From Candidatus Poribacteria bacterium (lineage in GTDB: Bacteria > Poribacteria > WGA-4E > PCPOR2b): a stretch of 64,000 nt of DNA. Shown here one piece after another: positions 1 through 8,493 of this stretch (within the stretch, counting starts at the first letter, position 1; each line of letters begins with the position of its first letter). The translations under genes and the position numbers were made by a program. The notes below the pieces were generated by a model, which was not told where the DNA came from, searched no databases, and worked only from the letters and a program-made list of their open reading frames with translations. The DNA lies in contig OZ240245.1 in the NCBI GenBank assembly GCA_965198175.1, positions 768,001 to 832,000 on the forward strand, given 5' to 3'.

Positions 1-216
1 TAACATTAAGGCAGATTGGTGTGCATTCGATTCGTATCGCGGGAAACAGCATTTGTTCTATCAGGAGCGATGAAAGCCCTGCCGCGCGGAATTGCGTTTA
101 TTTCAACCTATCTGATTCTATCGGAGGACATCGCTCCGACAATGCCTGAATGCCATCCAAGGTTCAATAAATAGAAATAGCGCTATGCTATTGCTCTCGC
201 CTTTTGGGTTTTGGTA

Positions 217-1506
217 TCATTCAACTTCTGCTGCGGAACGCTGAATTCTCTCGGCAGTTTTAGTTCCAACCCCTGGAACCGCAAGAAGTTGATCTAACGT
301 TGCTGTCACAATCGATTCAACTGTCGAGAATCCAAAATCTTTGAGCGCTGTCGCGGTTTTGACGCCTACGCCATCCAAATCGGTCAAATCCACCTCACCA
401 TCAGACGCCGCTGCATGGGATGAACTCGGTTGAGGATGGAATAGTTCTGCTGTGATTTCTTCCTTAAACTGTGTCACTGCTTCCGATTCGCTTTTAATGT
501 CAATTTTCCGCCCCGTCAATCTCGCAGCAAGGCGTGCGTTTTGTCCACGCCTGCCGATTGCTAGGGACAACTGATCGTCCGGGACAATGACTTCTGCGCT
601 TTCGGTCTCCTCATCAATGTTCACAGAAGCCACTGTCGCAGGCTGCAGAGCATTTGCAATAAAAGTAGCTGGGGATTCATCCCATTCAAGGAGGTCTATT
701 TTCTCCCCTTCTAACTCCCTAACAACAGCCTCGACCCGAGAACCTTTTACACCAACACAAGTGCCAACAGCGTCAATATTTTCGGACGGCGCAGTAACAG
801 CCACCTTTGCTCGATTTCCTGGATCTCGAGCGATTGCCATGATGCGCACTAATCCGTCATAAATCTCAGGCACTTCCATTTCAAATAGTCGATCAATTAA
901 ATTGGGGTGTGTCCGGGAGAGAATGATTTGTGGTCCCTTTGCATCCGCTTGCACTTCCAAGATTAAACACTTTAACATGTCACCACGCTGATGATTGTGC
1001 GGCTGAGAAGCTTCGCCATACGGTAATATACCTTCAGTTTGTTCCAAATCAAGGATGAGGTTGCCGCGTTCGACCCGTTGCACATAACCTGTGATAATCT
1101 CTCCTTCACGGGTTTTATATTCCTGATAAATCTGTTCCCGCTCAGCTTCTTTAATTTTTTGAACAAGGATTTGACGTGCTGTTTGAGCTTCAATTCTTCC
1201 AAACTCTCTTGGATCTACTTCAACCTCGATAGTCTCATTCAACTGCGCATCAGGCTTTATTTTCAATGCTTCCTCAATCGGAATCTCTTTTGCAAAGTGG
1301 TGCATAATTTCAACCACTTTTTGGGGAACATAACATTTAATCTCACCCGTCTCAGAATCAATCTTAATGGATACACCTTGAGTTGAGCCATAGCGCCGCT
1401 TAGCTGCTGAATATAAGGCGGCTTCGATAGCCTCAATAAAAATCTCCTGTGGCAAATCCGTCTGATTCATGATTTGGCGAATAGTCATAAGCAAATCGTT
1501 CGTCAT
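217..1506 (-). CDS. nusA: Transcription termination/antitermination factor NusA
   Basis: [12 protein letters not shown]1 and KH domains ([17 protein letters not shown]), C-terminal HhH repeats; downstream of rimP. Confidence 0.97.
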   Translation of the reverse strand: MTNDLLMTIRQIMNQTDLPQEIFIEAIEAALYSAAKRRYGSTQGVSIKIDSETGEIKCYVPQKVVEIMHHFAKEIPIEEALKIKPDAQLNETIEVEVDPREFGRIEAQTARQILVQKIKEAEREQIYQEYKTREGEIITGYVQRVERGNLILDLEQTEGILPYGEASQPHNHQRGDMLKCLILEVQADAKGPQIILSRTHPNLIDRLFEMEVPEIYDGLVRIMAIARDPGNRAKVAVTAPSENIDAVGTCVGVKGSRVEAVVRELEGEKIDLLEWDESPATFIANALQPATVASVNIDEETESAEVIVPDDQLSLAIGRRGQNARLAARLTGRKIDIKSESEAVTQFKEEITAELFHPQPSSSHAAASDGEVDLTDLDGVGVKTATALKDFGFSTVESIVTATLDQLLAVPGVGTKTAERIQRSAAEVE

Positions 1507-1525
1507 TGCTTTCCACCCAAAGATA

Positions 1526-1987
1526 TTACCACATCAGTTGGACATGAGCTTTAGTAATTTCTGAAAGTCCAACTTGAATTGTCTCCCCTGAACGTTGAGT
1601 CAGATAAATCTTTCTCCAGTTGACATCTTCCAGAATGCCACTCAATTGTAGAAATTTTCCGCTTGGGGAGAGGACCTCGATTTGAATATTCTTACTCAAA
1701 TTTCTGCGGTAGTCTGTTTCTGTACTAAGCGGACGATCTAATCCTAGAGAGGCAACCTCAAGACTGTGCCTATCCAGTTTGAATCCATGCATTTGTAGAA
1801 CGGGACCGACAATTTCGCTAACGTGTTGGCAATCCTTTATCGTTATACCGTCAGGTTTATAGATTAAAAGCCTTAGCATTCTATTTTTCTTTTGATTTTC
1901 ATATTCAACGTCAACTAACTTAATCCCTTCACCGTCCAGAATGGGTGATAACAAGTCGAAAACTGAGGTTTTCACTGAGGAACTCAT
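1526..1987 (-). CDS. rimP: Ribosome maturation factor RimP
   Basis: LVDVEY..LRLLI..PDGITIKDC, LEVASLGLDRPL (canonical LEVSSPGLDRPL); precedes nusA. Confidence 0.92.
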   Translation of the reverse strand: MSSSVKTSVFDLLSPILDGEGIKLVDVEYENQKKNRMLRLLIYKPDGITIKDCQHVSEIVGPVLQMHGFKLDRHSLEVASLGLDRPLSTETDYRRNLSKNIQIEVLSPSGKFLQLSGILEDVNWRKIYLTQRSGETIQVGLSEITKAHVQLMW

Positions 1988-2149
1988 AATAACACTGGAA
2001 GTTCTAGCACCTTTAAAAATAAAAGAGCAAGAGATGGCATCCCATCTTTAGAAAATAAAGAAGATTATAACGGCGTGCTAATGAGCTTGTATCACCCTAG
2101 AGATTTACTTGTCTTGATTATCAAGGTACAGTGTCAGAGCTTAACACAC

Positions 2150-2200
2150 AAAAAAACAACCGCGATGTTTTTCCCTCTAAGGGGAAGGTTCCTCGCGGTC
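2150..2200 (-). terminator. Terminator-like hairpin in the rimP-nusA leader (rimP-leader-type attenuator)
   Basis: Minus strand GACCGCGA...TCGCGGTT with inner TTCCC/GGGAA stem followed by a T run, just downstream of a TTGCAT..GATAAT promoter-like sequence; terminator hairpins are known upstream of rimP. Confidence 0.55.
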
Positions 2201-2386
2201 TAGCTTAATATTATCATATGCAGTTAGGATTATGCAAGTAAAAATTGATTCTCAATTGAACGCCCTAGACGAAAATTGCATTTGCAGAGTTCTGTCTAGC
2301 GGCTAGAACCACAGCATTACATGGATTATGGTGGTTTGTCGAATTAACTTCTGATTAAATTAAAGGAGGAGATTGTCTTGTCCTAT

Positions 2387-3124
2387 TTAAGCACCACGTA
2401 ATTCATACATCACGATTGCCACACTCACAATGCCTGCGGTTTCCGTTCGCAAGACATTGGGGCCAAGTGTAGCAGGAAGACATCCGCTTTGAATTGCAGT
2501 TTTAGTTTCGTCAGCCGAAAATCCCCCTTCTGGTCCAACAAAGAGCCCAATTGATTCTGCTCTTTTGTGGCGCTGTAATACCTCCTTGATTTCCCGTCCG
2601 TCTTCGTTTTCCCACAGCAGAACCGACAGGTCGAAATGAGTCGCTTGCTCAAAGCACCTTTCTATCTTCTGAGCGTTAAATAGTGTAGAAAATCGCGGAC
2701 GTCTACACTGTTTGGCAGCTTCATTCGCAATGCGCTGCCATCGCACTTGCAGTTTTTTTTGGGCTGCCTCTGTTCGCTTTGGAATCGAACGTTGACAAAT
2801 CATGGGTACAATCCGATTAACACCGATTTCGGTTGTTTTTTGTACAATCAGATCCATTTTGTCAAACTTAGGTAAGCCTTGGAAAAGTGTGATATGCGGC
2901 GGGGTGTTTGGATGAAACTGGTGTTGGATTATTGAAGCATACAAAGCGGGGACGTGGGTATCACGAAGGATAGCAGTGTAGCTGTTACCTTCTCCATCAA
3001 TGATGTGCACCGAATCGCCTGCTTTGAGACGGAGCACATTGAGCAGATGGTGACGCTCGGAGTCTCCGATGTGAATTGCATCCTTAGAAATCTGCGAGGG
3101 AGGAGCATAACAACTATGCATCAT
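2387..3124 (-). CDS. rsmE: 16S rRNA m3U1498 methyltransferase RsmE
   Basis: HHLLNVLRL, KTTEIGV, EAAKQCRR, VGPEGGFS, LGPNVLRTETA motifs. Confidence 0.95.
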   Translation of the reverse strand: MMHSCYAPPSQISKDAIHIGDSERHHLLNVLRLKAGDSVHIIDGEGNSYTAILRDTHVPALYASIIQHQFHPNTPPHITLFQGLPKFDKMDLIVQKTTEIGVNRIVPMICQRSIPKRTEAAQKKLQVRWQRIANEAAKQCRRPRFSTLFNAQKIERCFEQATHFDLSVLLWENEDGREIKEVLQRHKRAESIGLFVGPEGGFSADETKTAIQSGCLPATLGPNVLRTETAGIVSVAIVMYELRGA

Positions 3125-3217
3125 AATTGAAAATTGAATATAAAAAGCTGTTGATTAAGTCATTCGCGTTAAATTCGATTAAAATTCCTTCTTTCATATT
3201 CCGTCCCAAACAGTTCT

Positions 3218-3256
3218 TGTAGGTTGGGTAGAGCCAAAGGCGAAACCCAACCTACA
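3218..3256. repeat. GTAG-type REP-like palindrome
   Basis: TGTAGGTTGGGT-agagccaaaggcgaa-ACCCAACCTACA, perfect 12-bp inverted repeat; related sequences at about 4697, 5391, 29053 and 29817. Confidence 0.75.
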
Positions 3257-3572
3257 ATTGAGCGAAAAGCGAACGCGATAGTTTTCACTCTACAACACCA
3301 CGGCCAAACAGAACACATTTGCAATAGCTAAAAACGTTGGCTTCCGCTACCCCCGACAATGTCACGAACACATTCAACCGAACGAAACCCGTTCGTGAAC
3401 ATTCCGTGTTAAACCAACCCCGATTTACCCAACTTACAATAAGGCCAATGTCCCCTTTTTGTGTCCCCATCGCGAAGAATCGGCGCCGAAATGACATCCC
3501 GGTGAAACAATGAGACGGGGAAAAGGAGGTAGGTATGCGGAGCAGTGAATACAAGACGCTAATTCGGTGCAT

Positions 3573-4028
3573 CTACTTGCTTGCTTCTTCTTCATCGTTA
3601 ATCTCACACTTCTCCGAGTCTCGACGTCGAAAAAACGCCACATCCCCGTCACGCCACGCTTCGTAGTATTTTTTAAAGTATGTTGTACGTTTTTCCGCGT
3701 CCGCCTCCCAATCTATCTCATATTCAGGACAGTTAAGTTTTATAATCCTATCTAGTTCTCGCAGCCGATAATCGTCAAGTTCGACCAAACGATGCTCTTC
3801 CGGCGTTAACTCGTCTCCATGTGCACGACGCGCGAGCGCCATTTCTGTTGTTACCACTTGCCCTCGGTAATGCGCACAGTGTTTATACAAACCCTCTTTG
3901 TCGATATGCGGCGGAAGTTCTGGGAGCGTCGGCCGCGTTTTTAAAATCCTCGCTGTCTCATCATCAAGATTATCCTCTTTTATCTGTGCATACCGCCGTT
4001 TGTAGAACGCTGTCCGCTGCCTTTTCAT
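3573..4028 (-). CDS. Hypothetical protein (phage-like islet)
   Basis: 151 aa charged ORF, ATGA-coupled to the upstream 4025..4456 ORF. Confidence 0.65.
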   Translation of the reverse strand: MKRQRTAFYKRRYAQIKEDNLDDETARILKTRPTLPELPPHIDKEGLYKHCAHYRGQVVTTEMALARRAHGDELTPEEHRLVELDDYRLRELDRIIKLNCPEYEIDWEADAEKRTTYFKKYYEAWRDGDVAFFRRRDSEKCEINDEEEASK

Positions 4029-4456
4029 CTTTCATCTCCTTCCAAAGCCCCGGTGAGTTCCATCATCCATAGCCGCGCCTCTTTGTATGTCGATACCAGT
4101 TGTCGTAATTCGCCAATATCCGTTTCGGCTTCCATAGCTTGAAGTTTATCCCGGCACAACGCCTGAACCCGCGACGCAATTTCCATGTCCGCTTCAATAA
4201 ATGCTTCGATTTCAGATGCGCGACGCGCAGTTAATGCTACTGCAGCCCGCCGTGCTACCTCTGCGTCAAATTCAGCAATGCGCTGTCCCCAATTATTCTG
4301 CGCCGACCACTTCTTAATCATCGAAACCGATCGTTTTTTTCCGGTTACCTCTAGGTTACCGAGCGCCTCCAATGACCGCCCTTCCCCCGCGTCCCGGTAC
4401 AATTCAAAATAGGTGTACGCCAGTACGGACTCCCCCGGCAATCGTCCATTTTCCAT
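4025..4456 (-). CDS. Phage-type HTH protein resembling a terminase small subunit N-terminus
   Basis: ES..AY..F..YRD.G..RSL......KKWS....W..R...FD pattern typical of such phage proteins; GAGGAGG RBS. Confidence 0.6.
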   Translation of the reverse strand: MENGRLPGESVLAYTYFELYRDAGEGRSLEALGNLEVTGKKRSVSMIKKWSAQNNWGQRIAEFDAEVARRAAVALTARRASEIEAFIEADMEIASRVQALCRDKLQAMEAETDIGELRQLVSTYKEARLWMMELTGALEGDER

Positions 4457-4485
4457 TGCTTTAACCTCCTCATTTTAACCTCAAT

Positions 4486-4523
4486 AAAAAAAGGGGAGAG
4501 ACACCTCGCGGATGTCTCTCCCC
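4486..4523 (-). terminator. Intrinsic terminator-like hairpin in the 5' leader of 4025..4456
   Basis: Minus strand GGGGAGAGACATC-CGCGA-GGTGTCTCTCCCC followed by T7. Confidence 0.75.
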
Positions 4524-4546
4524 TCGCAAACTAAAGTCGTTTAACT

Positions 4547-4575
4547 ATTATACCGAGCCCAATCACGAAAGTCAA
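4547..4575 (-). promoter_or_regulatory. Sigma70-type promoter
   Basis: TTGACT-N17-TATAAT on the minus strand. Confidence 0.75.
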
Positions 4576-5099
4576 TCAGAAAATTCTTCTAGGCTCTAAG
4601 TTATTGAAGATAATTTTCACAGACACCAAAACTACCACGAGAGAACGCTATCGCCATCACTATTCGTTCGGCCGATCGTTCCTTACTGGGCAGCTTAACC
4701 CAACCTATATTCCTTGAGATTGAAAATCCCTGATTTCCGAAACCTTTAGGGCAATGCTCCGCCCTTCAAGCAAGTATGAATTTTCACGGCGCCCATTGGC
4801 ATTTATGCGTTTGCACAGATCGACAATCCGTCCCAGACCGAATTCCCGCTCTTTTCGCGTCTCGATTGCGTTAACATTCTCTCCGATTTATTTACTGAGA
4901 AATACTGTGAAAGTCTTAAATCTCTCCTATAGCGACTGCGAAAATTTTAGCATATTAACCCGTTCAAGCGGCTTTAGTTCAGCGCAAGTTGTCGAAAAAT
5001 TCCCATACCGCTACAGCAAACGCATGGTTTTTCAAATGCTCGACGTGCTGCAAATGCTTCTGCAGGCCGATCGCCTCAAAGATATTACACCAACAATTT

Positions 5100-5245
5100 C
5101 TCGATTAGCGAGAGTGACAGATCTTTTTTTTGGTTACCTTTTGGTTACCTCGCGATTCCAATGAATGCCCATCACCAGCGGGTCGGTACATTTCACAAAA
5201 GGTAACCGGCAACACTTACTCACTCGGCAATCGACCATTTTCCAT
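5100..5245 (-). pseudogene. Degenerate paralogue of 4025..4456
   Basis: Translates MENGRLPSE*VLPVTFCEMYRPAGDGHSLESRGNQKVTKK versus MENGRLPGESVLAYTYFELYRDAGEGRSLEALGNLEVTGKK; stop at codon 10 and a frameshift in an A run. Confidence 0.85.
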
Positions 5246-5271
5246 TTCTTAACCCTCCTGATTTTAACCCG

Positions 5272-5360
5272 AAAAAAAAAGGAGCAACATCTCGCGATGC
5301 CGCTCCCCTTGCTAATTTAAATTGTTCTCTTATTGTTTCCAACCCAATGACGAATGTCAA
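5272..5360 (-). promoter_or_regulatory. Second copy of the promoter plus leader terminator module
   Basis: TTGACA-N17-AACAAT (5360..5332), then GGAGCGGCATC-GCGA-GATGTTGCTCC and T9. Confidence 0.7.
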
Positions 5361-5449
5361 ACTAAAAAGTCTTTTTGACGCCAAGTTCCTGTAGGTCGGG
5401 TCCGGATGAGATTGACCAAGTGAATTTTGTCATGTACGAGTTCAAATGC

Positions 5450-7273
5450 CTACTCAACGGTAACACTCTTTGCGAGGTTCCTCGGTTGATCGACATCGCA
5501 CCCTCGATGGACGGCACTATAGTAAGCAAGCAATTGAAGCGGAACTGCAACAAGCAAGGGTGAGAGTTCCTCTGCAATGTCTGGGACAAAGATAACTTCC
5601 TGAGCGTGTGCATGGATTTCCGTATTGCCTTCGCTAGCGATTACGATGGTGATTCCATCCCGAGCACGCACCTGCTGGATGGCGCTTATAATCTTCGAGT
5701 AGATGCTGCTATTGTTAGCGATGCACACGACCGGTACATTTTCGTCGATTAACGCAATTGGGCCATGTTTAATCTCACCCGCAGGATGGCCCACGGCATG
5801 AATATATGAGATTTCCTTGAGTTTGAGTGCTCCTTCCAAAGCATTGGGATAGTTGTAGCTTCGTCCAAGAAATATGAACGCTCCGGAGTCGCTGTATTTC
5901 TCTGCACACGCCTGAATTTGCTGCTGTTTAATGAATCGCTCCATCAGGGAGGGTATCTTTTGAAGGGCTTCTAGAAAACGTCGAATTTCTTCAAATTTAA
6001 GTATTTCCTTAATCTGCCCCATGTGCAGCGCTAGAAGTCCCAGGGTGGCAATCTGAGCGGTAAAAGCTTTGGTTGAAGCGACACCAATTTCCAATCCGGC
6101 GTGAATGTCTATCACTGCATCTGCTTCTCGAGCAATGGTGCTGTTAATCATGTTACAAATAGCTAATACCGGCATGAACTTGCTTTTTGCTTTGCGCAAC
6201 CCCTCCAACGTATCGGCGGTTTCACCGGATTGGGAGATAGCAATGACAAGCGTGTTGCCCTCCAGAATTGGATTTCGGTAGCGGAACTCAGAGGAGATGT
6301 CTACTTCTGTATGAATCCGTGCATACTGCTCCAGCAAATATTTGCCGATTAGGCCTGCATGCCATGATGTGCCGCACGCCTGAATAACAATGCGATTGAC
6401 TCGTGCCAGAAATGCGTCATTCAATCCCAACTCCCCGAAATTAATCTTCATTGTGTCGGTGACATATGCATTGTATAAACGACGCAGGACGTCAGGTTGT
6501 TCGTGAATCTCCTTGAGCATGAAGTTCGGATAGTCCCCTTTATCAACCATGTCGTCGCTCAAGTGAACTTGATGAATCTGCGGTTCAATTCGTTCACCTG
6601 AAAGCGTTCGAACCTCAATTTGCTTTCGTGTAAGCGCAGCAACCTGATTGTCTTCAAGATAAATGACGCGCTGGGTGTGAGGAAGTAATGCAAGCACATC
6701 CGAAGTAACGAAATTCTCATTCTTTCCCAGTCCAAGGATTAGCGGGTTATTTCGTCGAGCAGCTACAATGCAATCCGGAAACTGTTGGTGAATAAAAGCT
6801 ACGGCAAATGTTCCTTCCACGCGTTGAAGCGCCTTGCAAACGGCACCAACAAAGTCTCCATCCACGGTTTCCTCGAATAGGTGTGCGAGCACTTCTGTAT
6901 CCGTCTCCGATTCAAATACATGACCACGTGCTTGTAATTCCTGCCTGAGTTGAAGATAGTTTTCGATAATTCCGTTATGAACAACAGCTAACGTTTGTCG
7001 TTCGTCTACTTGCGGGTGAGCATTTCGTTCGTTTGGCTCACCATGTGTCGCCCACCGAGTGTGTCCAATACCGATGGTGCCGCGCATAGGCTTCTGTCGA
7101 AGACTCTCCTCCAGTACGCGTAACTTTCCAGCCCTTTTTCGGAGATTTAACTCACCGTCACTGATAACAGCAATACCCGCTGAGTCATATCCCCGATATT
7201 GAAGTCGTTCCAATCCCGTCCACAAGACAGAATCAGCATACTTATTGCCAATATATCCGACAATCCCACACAT
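5450..7273 (-). CDS. glmS: Glutamine--fructose-6-phosphate aminotransferase
   Basis: MCGIVG (catalytic N-terminal Cys places the start at 7273), YRGYDSAG, GHTRWATHG, SQSGETADT, PRNLAKSVTVE. Confidence 0.97.
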   Translation of the reverse strand: MCGIVGYIGNKYADSVLWTGLERLQYRGYDSAGIAVISDGELNLRKRAGKLRVLEESLRQKPMRGTIGIGHTRWATHGEPNERNAHPQVDERQTLAVVHNGIIENYLQLRQELQARGHVFESETDTEVLAHLFEETVDGDFVGAVCKALQRVEGTFAVAFIHQQFPDCIVAARRNNPLILGLGKNENFVTSDVLALLPHTQRVIYLEDNQVAALTRKQIEVRTLSGERIEPQIHQVHLSDDMVDKGDYPNFMLKEIHEQPDVLRRLYNAYVTDTMKINFGELGLNDAFLARVNRIVIQACGTSWHAGLIGKYLLEQYARIHTEVDISSEFRYRNPILEGNTLVIAISQSGETADTLEGLRKAKSKFMPVLAICNMINSTIAREADAVIDIHAGLEIGVASTKAFTAQIATLGLLALHMGQIKEILKFEEIRRFLEALQKIPSLMERFIKQQQIQACAEKYSDSGAFIFLGRSYNYPNALEGALKLKEISYIHAVGHPAGEIKHGPIALIDENVPVVCIANNSSIYSKIISAIQQVRARDGITIVIASEGNTEIHAHAQEVIFVPDIAEELSPLLVAVPLQLLAYYSAVHRGCDVDQPRNLAKSVTVE

Positions 7274-7324
7274 CATCGGTGCTCCTGAATTTTGTATGAT
7301 ATAGGATTTTTTAAGCAATCCACA

Positions 7325-8080
7325 TTAGGCATCGGGCATAGACTTGATTACTTCATGATGAAAATATGTCCCTTGAACTGAAAGCACTGGATGCACTAAG
7401 CAGCCTTTTCCAAGGATCGTGCCTGGGTTTAGCACCGTATTACAACCTATCTGAGTATCGTCACCGGTGATGGCCCCAAGCTTCCGAAGTCCAGTGGTGT
7501 AGGTTTTGCCATCAAGGCTACGGACCATTATATCTGTATCTGTGATCTTGCTGTTTGCGAGCTTGACCCCAGCCCCCAGATTCACGTTAAAGCCGAGGAT
7601 TGAATCGCCGATGTAGTTCCAATGACCCGCCCTTACTCCATTCATAACAATCGAATGCTTGACTTCAGTCGCATTTCCAATAATGCAATCTTCCCCGATG
7701 ATTACATTTTCGCGGACATATGCACAATGTCGAATCACCGTCCTGTCACCAATAATTGCGGGTCCTTTGATATAGACATGGGGTTCTATAACAACATCTG
7801 CGCCCAATACAACATCAGGGCCCACAATAGCGCCTTGCGTAATTTCTACGTTCTTTTGATGACCCTGTCTGGATATATATGTCGCGATATAATCCTTCAA
7901 CAGGAGTAGCGCTTCCCATACGTAGCAGACATTTGCAAATAGTCCCTTGTGCTCGAAACATTCGTAATCAAAAAGCGCCTCCGGAAATATTACATCGAGT
8001 GTAGTGTTCCTCATCGTGTTCATCCTAAGATTAAGGTACCATTGAGTCGCAGAAATTAGGATTGATGAACATCCTGACAA
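7325..8080 (-). CDS. Stand-alone hexapeptide-repeat (LbH) acyltransferase, GlmU C-terminal-like
   Basis: Hexapeptide repeats, HWNYIGDSILG, GLRKLGAITGD, GCNTVLNPGT; no nucleotidyltransferase domain; true start may be near 8023. Confidence 0.75.
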   Translation of the reverse strand: MSGCSSILISATQWYLNLRMNTMRNTTLDVIFPEALFDYECFEHKGLFANVCYVWEALLLLKDYIATYISRQGHQKNVEITQGAIVGPDVVLGADVVIEPHVYIKGPAIIGDRTVIRHCAYVRENVIIGEDCIIGNATEVKHSIVMNGVRAGHWNYIGDSILGFNVNLGAGVKLANSKITDTDIMVRSLDGKTYTTGLRKLGAITGDDTQIGCNTVLNPGTILGKGCLVHPVLSVQGTYFHHEVIKSMPDA

Positions 8081-8493
8081 ATTTGTTTGATAGAATTCAA
8101 AAATTGGGGCTGATGCACAGGCAGCTAACAGGCTTGTGGGCTTATTGTATAAGATGTATCTTACATAACAGGGAGATGAGTATAAAAATTATAGCAGATG
8201 CACTGTCCAAAAAACTAGCGAGAAATGAATTCACCCGCATTCTTTAGACAGAAATGAAGGAGATTTAAGATAGAAAATCCGACCTGTTTAGTCAGAGTTC
8301 AACGCCTGAAATTATTGGTAAACATCTGGTATAGTACGAGATAGTTACTCGATTTGCTGGATGCAATCATCAAAATCGGGATTCTAGATGCCTGCGATGA
8401 GAATATTCATTGAGACCCAGCAACGCGAGCCAGTTATTTTCCTTGTTTTTTCGGTACTGCTGAGGTACAATTTAACTTACTGAAAGTTGTATC

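Noticed and set aside
1..220. Possible ylxR (DUF448) remnant after nusA: ATGA-coupled [10 protein letters not shown] and a later VEINAIPRGRAFIAPD
   Set aside because: Multiple stops, no CxxC motif and only weak resemblance; cannot be supported without a search.
3285..3652. ORFs 3285..3572 and 3434..3652 as genes
   Set aside because: They overlap each other and the upstream gene and have no recognisable motifs; probably the non-coding end of the element.
4754..5164. Plus-strand 136-aa ORF
   Set aside because: Antisense to the decayed minus-strand unit, with no RBS or motifs.
8080..8490. glmS ribozyme upstream of the glmU-like/glmS genes
   Set aside because: The conserved AGCGCC cleavage-site core was not found on the minus strand.
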